A stretch of DNA of 57,252 nt from a virus. Lineage: Duplodnaviria; Caudoviricetes. The DNA is taken from positions 1 to 57,252 of the IMG/VR virus record IMGVR_UViG_3300017987_000106. One strand, written 5' to 3'. The translations under genes were made by a program, and so were the position numbers. Under the pieces are notes generated by a model that made no database searches, was not told where the DNA came from, and saw nothing but the letters and a program-made list of their open reading frames with translations. Shown here piece by piece: positions 54,801-57,252 of the stretch (positions are counted from its first letter, which is position 1; each line of letters begins with the position of its first letter).

Positions 54801-57252
54801 TGAACAAGGGAGACACGGTCAGCCTCCTGCCCCAGACCGACGAGGACACGGTTCGTATGGCGATGGGGCGCAAAGGCCTCAAAGATGCTGGCCTCATGCT
54901 CGCGAACAAGCGAGACAGGGTAGTGGCAGAGCCAGAGGGCCTGTTTGACGCCATCAAGACCGGCGGTGAGAATGGTACGCGGTGGTCGTACTTCGAACTC
55001 CCTGAGCCGATCCCGAACCCGATGTTCATGCCCGCAATCACGGCCATGACAGGGTGGTCTGAGGGGAAGGTCAAGGCCATCACCGAAGGTAGTGACAGCT
55101 ACGAGGGCCTGACGGGGGGAGAGGCAGTCAAGAAGAAGCTGCAGGAGGTAGACCTGGCAGCTCTGCGCAAGTCTCTGCTCGCGGATGCCGACAATATCAA
55201 AGGCCGCAAGCTGAAGGCCGAGACGAAGGCGAAAGAGCTCAGTACGATCTACAAGAAGCTCAAGTACGTCGAGAACCTCGAGAAGAACGAGAAGCGCCCA
55301 GAGGACGTCTACGTCTTACAGAAAGTCCCAGTGATGCCGCCCAAGCTTCGCCCGGTGACCTCTATTGGTTCTGGAGAGAGGGTAGCTGAGGACATCAACC
55401 ACCTCTACCGCGACCTTGCCCTCGTCTCCAATACGATGAAGGAGTCGAAGGAGAAGTGGGGCCTCCCAGACGACCAACTGAAGCCTCTTCGCCGCGCTAC
55501 CTTGGACGGCATGTCGGCCTTGGTGCAGGCCAAGAGTGCTGACAAGCCCCTGAGCGGGGCATACCGAGGTGTCATCGGTACGGTTGTCGGCAAGAAGCCG
55601 AAGGAGACCGGGTATGGTGAGGCCGGGGAGTCCAAACGCGGTCTCTTCCAGAACGACATCACCCGCCGGCGTCAGGACTTCAGCGGGCGGTCTACGATCA
55701 CCGTCGAGCCGCGGTTGAAGATCGACGAGGTCGGCCTCCCCTTCGGGATGGCCTACACAATGCTCGAGCCCTGGGCCATCAAGAAGCTGAAGGACAGGTA
55801 CGGGTACAGCTCGCGAGACGCGCGCAAGTACTATGAGGAGAAGGGAGAGGAAGACACACGAGTTCGTGAGGTGCTCGTCGAAGTTGCAAAAGAGCGCCCT
55901 GTGCTCCTCAAGCGTGACCCTACCCTCCACAAGTTCAACGTCATGTCCTTCCAACCGCAGCTGGTGGAAGGGAAAGCCATCCAGATTCACCCGCTGGTGA
56001 CAGGGGGGTTCAACGCTGACTTCGACGGGGACACGATGAGCGTCTACGTGCCCGTCAGCGACAAGGCCGTGGAAGAGGCCGGCAGTCTCCTTCCTTCCAA
56101 GAACCTGTTCAGCCCGGCGAACGGAAAGATCGTCCACAAGCTCGGCCACGAGATGGTCTGGGGTCTGAGTGGGATCACCGAAGTTGGGAAGACGACGGGC
56201 AAGAAGTTCTCTTCGACGAAAGCGGCAGAGTCTGCTCTCAGGAAGGGGGAGATCGTTCCTACTGACGTCATTAAGATCGGGCCAAGAGAGACCACGATGG
56301 GGTGGGAAGAGGTCAATCGGGCCATCCCAGCGAGATTTCGGTTCAAGGGAGATCTCAAGAAGAGGCCGCGGCTGACAGGCGGAAAGATCAACGACCTTTT
56401 GACCTCTGTGGCCAAGAAGGACCCGGAGGCGTATGCCGAAGCGGCGAATACTCTGAAGGACATCGGTAACCGGCATTCTACCGATTCCGGCATGAGTGTG
56501 TCCTTGGATGACTTTGCAGTCATCGACAAGGACTACCGAGATGCAGTCTTCTCGGAGGCCGAAGAGCGCGTTGCTGCTGGGGAAGACCCGGTAAAGGCCT
56601 ACGGCTCAACCATCAAGAAGCTCGATAATCACAACCGGAGTCTGCTCCGTTCTGGGCAGGTCAAGAACAGCCTGTTCGAAGTTGTTGATTCCGGAGCTCG
56701 CGCGTCATGGGGACAGTTGAAGCAGATTGTATCCTCGCCGGCGATGGTGTTCGACGCTCAGAATAGGGTTGTTCCCAGACTCATCAAGAACTCCTACAGC
56801 GAGGGTCTCAACCTCGCTGACTACTGGACAAGTACCCACGGGGCTAGAAAAGGGGCCATCAACAAGTCCATCTCGACGTCCAAGCCGGGCTATTTGAGCA
56901 AGCAGATCATGCGGACTTCGATAGACCAGGTCATCCAGTCCGACGACTGCGGGACTCGCGAGGGCATCAACATGGCTACCAACGATCCTGACATCCAGGG
57001 CCGACACCTCGCGCACGGCATACGGATCAAGGGCAAGAAGAGGAACCGAAGCATCAAAAGGGGTACTCTAGTCACGCCCTCGGTCACGAACACCTTGAAA
57101 TCGTCAGGCGTTGGGAGCGTTCTCGTTCGTACGCCGATGCGCTGCGAGCACGAGAATGGGGTTTGCGCAAAGTGTATGGGCCTCGATGAGGAGGGGAAGA
57201 ACCCATCCATCGGCGATAATGTTGGCGTTCTGGCCGCGCAAAGCATTGGGCA
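51815..57252 (+). CDS. rpoBC: DNA-directed RNA polymerase beta-beta' fusion (3'-truncated, at least 1812 aa)
   Basis: One frame from ATG 51815. Beta motifs: LPKMTDRKTFIVSGKER, HFGFIDPLHTPES, LVPFLQSNQGNRAMM, YMPWKGYAFED (53732), GDKLVGRNANKG (54161), PLGIPGRINLGQ, KLEH. Beta' motifs: VPVMPPKLRP, RQDFSGRS, NADFDGD (56012), bridge helix GARKG..STSKPGYL, CEHENGVCAKC, AAQSIG (57233). Confidence 0.95.
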   Translation, partial: MAQEIYDYDEIKDSVGEAIQEIFPVAGRNLTVELNSVDIVDNKAEDDISGQYAQLTKGKTWSIPVYANVTLRDSKGEIDKARVKVLDLPKMTDRKTFIVSGKERQVHSVLRRKSGVFSRRNEAGELVSEFNLDNGLHEGGKVDRGRKFQVRFDDQSGKFLVQIGTRKTINAYDLLGALGYNTEALSGRFGDDIHKANLSARSKKRSIDSAFAAIYPKVTKSLSTDEKAKRIKESFGRTSIDPSTTEVTLGKRIDTIDGDTLVSSMNRLLKISRGEAEEDDRESLLFKHTAAPPKLIAESISHPRNIERIRAKIRGRLNNPKKKPETASKALPLRILDKPVHTMLTDSDESDIVDHANPVGTMSGHNRVSMLGLGAIKNLEQVPSDAPLVSPSHFGFIDPLHTPESRKAGVSLHLPVGVRATRDGKLETEMLRTDGSKVRVSAEEAAKATVAFPDEFNIRERAGRTSVKAAKGKVLAQRNGKIESVDPQTVDFILPKPQQAFDTATNLVPFLQSNQGNRAMMAGKHVTQALPLKNREQPLVQTGMEEEMSQHAGARKSPVAGKVTAVNEVDGAYEVRIKPKKGKAVVVKAYKDFPTSGGVVLDSDVKVKVGDQVKEGDLVADSSFTKDGVLAMGTTLKAAYMPWKGYAFEDGVVISDQAAEKLTSVHLHERTKKDKEMIQDKSKFLDWFGTRFKSNDEQRALDKSGVIKKGQKIEPGQILLAGLKEVDPRSPEAIQRKRARLSPYDPVTMTWDKDVPGVVTDVKKTPDGSVRVFVKTEEKMKEGDKLVGRNANKGIVVKILPTGEMPHTKDGKPVDIIMSPLGIPGRINLGQVLEVATGKVAEKTGKPIRVAPFGRQSYIDEAKERLKKAGLSDTEELVDPTRSNRSFGDVLVGPQYTMKLEHQVSKKSRSRATGKYDRWDTPLGGDGGAQSLGELGTYGLLAHGAVENLRDMQLLKSQRNDGLWDALLNGKPIPVPNHITQNDRFEGLLRVAGVKMNKGDTVSLLPQTDEDTVRMAMGRKGLKDAGLMLANKRDRVVAEPEGLFDAIKTGGENGTRWSYFELPEPIPNPMFMPAITAMTGWSEGKVKAITEGSDSYEGLTGGEAVKKKLQEVDLAALRKSLLADADNIKGRKLKAETKAKELSTIYKKLKYVENLEKNEKRPEDVYVLQKVPVMPPKLRPVTSIGSGERVAEDINHLYRDLALVSNTMKESKEKWGLPDDQLKPLRRATLDGMSALVQAKSADKPLSGAYRGVIGTVVGKKPKETGYGEAGESKRGLFQNDITRRRQDFSGRSTITVEPRLKIDEVGLPFGMAYTMLEPWAIKKLKDRYGYSSRDARKYYEEKGEEDTRVREVLVEVAKERPVLLKRDPTLHKFNVMSFQPQLVEGKAIQIHPLVTGGFNADFDGDTMSVYVPVSDKAVEEAGSLLPSKNLFSPANGKIVHKLGHEMVWGLSGITEVGKTTGKKFSSTKAAESALRKGEIVPTDVIKIGPRETTMGWEEVNRAIPARFRFKGDLKKRPRLTGGKINDLLTSVAKKDPEAYAEAANTLKDIGNRHSTDSGMSVSLDDFAVIDKDYRDAVFSEAEERVAAGEDPVKAYGSTIKKLDNHNRSLLRSGQVKNSLFEVVDSGARASWGQLKQIVSSPAMVFDAQNRVVPRLIKNSYSEGLNLADYWTSTHGARKGAINKSISTSKPGYLSKQIMRTSIDQVIQSDDCGTREGINMATNDPDIQGRHLAHGIRIKGKKRNRSIKRGTLVTPSVTNTLKSSGVGSVLVRTPMRCEHENGVCAKCMGLDEEGKNPSIGDNVGVLAAQSIG

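Larger units (their letters stand above)
1..57252. mobile_element. Segment of a large tailed (myovirus-like) bacteriophage genome
   Basis: Dense, overlapping, strand-blocked genes. Contains tail/baseplate genes, a portal-like gene, a phage-type replication/recombination set and a phage RNAP plus sigma. No cellular housekeeping context and no integrase seen. Confidence 0.9.

Noticed and set aside
51803-57246. Minus-strand and off-frame ORFs in the track across this region (e.g. 55316..56476, 52456..53355)
   Set aside because: Shadows of the unlisted plus-strand rpoBC frame, which carries all the conserved motifs.
1-57252. Stop-codon reassignment (TAG or TGA read as sense)
   Set aside because: Genes of 1000-1800 codons are open in the standard code. 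Only about 8 of 21 TAG junctions counted by hand are in frame with the next gene, close to chance.
51815-57252. Host chromosomal rpoBC (prophage boundary or chimera)
   Set aside because: No rplJL/rpsL context, 8 nt from the portal gene, and far more diverged than cellular RNAPs at normally invariant positions.
51815-57252. Intein or intron in the RNAP or DNA polymerase
   Set aside because: Motif spacing is compact and no C...HN intein ends or homing-endonuclease motifs were noticed.

Overview
This window looks like part of a large (jumbo-type) tailed phage genome of fairly high GC, read in the standard genetic code. It has three blocks. (1) Positions 1-33513, + strand: a few unknown genes, then a contractile-tail module (tape measure, baseplate hub/wedge/J, beta-helix and fibre proteins). 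A sigma70-family sigma factor and two small K-x-A-motif proteins sit inside this module. (2) Positions 33564-47833, - strand: a replication/recombination operon (SF2 helicase, family-4 UDG, DnaB-like helicase, primase, Cys-rich putative SSB, family A DNA polymerase, RecA/UvsX, two PD-(D/E)XK nucleases, UvsY-like protein, RusA). (3) Positions 47961-end, + strand: a K-x-A-rich protein, a portal-like protein, and an ORF missing from the supplied track because it runs off the window (51815..>57252, at least 1812 codons). That ORF encodes bacterial-type RNA polymerase beta and beta' fused in one polypeptide, with no beta' N-terminal zinc-binding domain and an altered rifampicin pocket. The most notable system is this fused RNAP together with the phage sigma factor and a possible K-x-A head-maturation signal. 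No tRNA, rRNA, CRISPR array, capsid or terminase gene was recognised. All functional calls come from reading motifs by eye, not from database searches.
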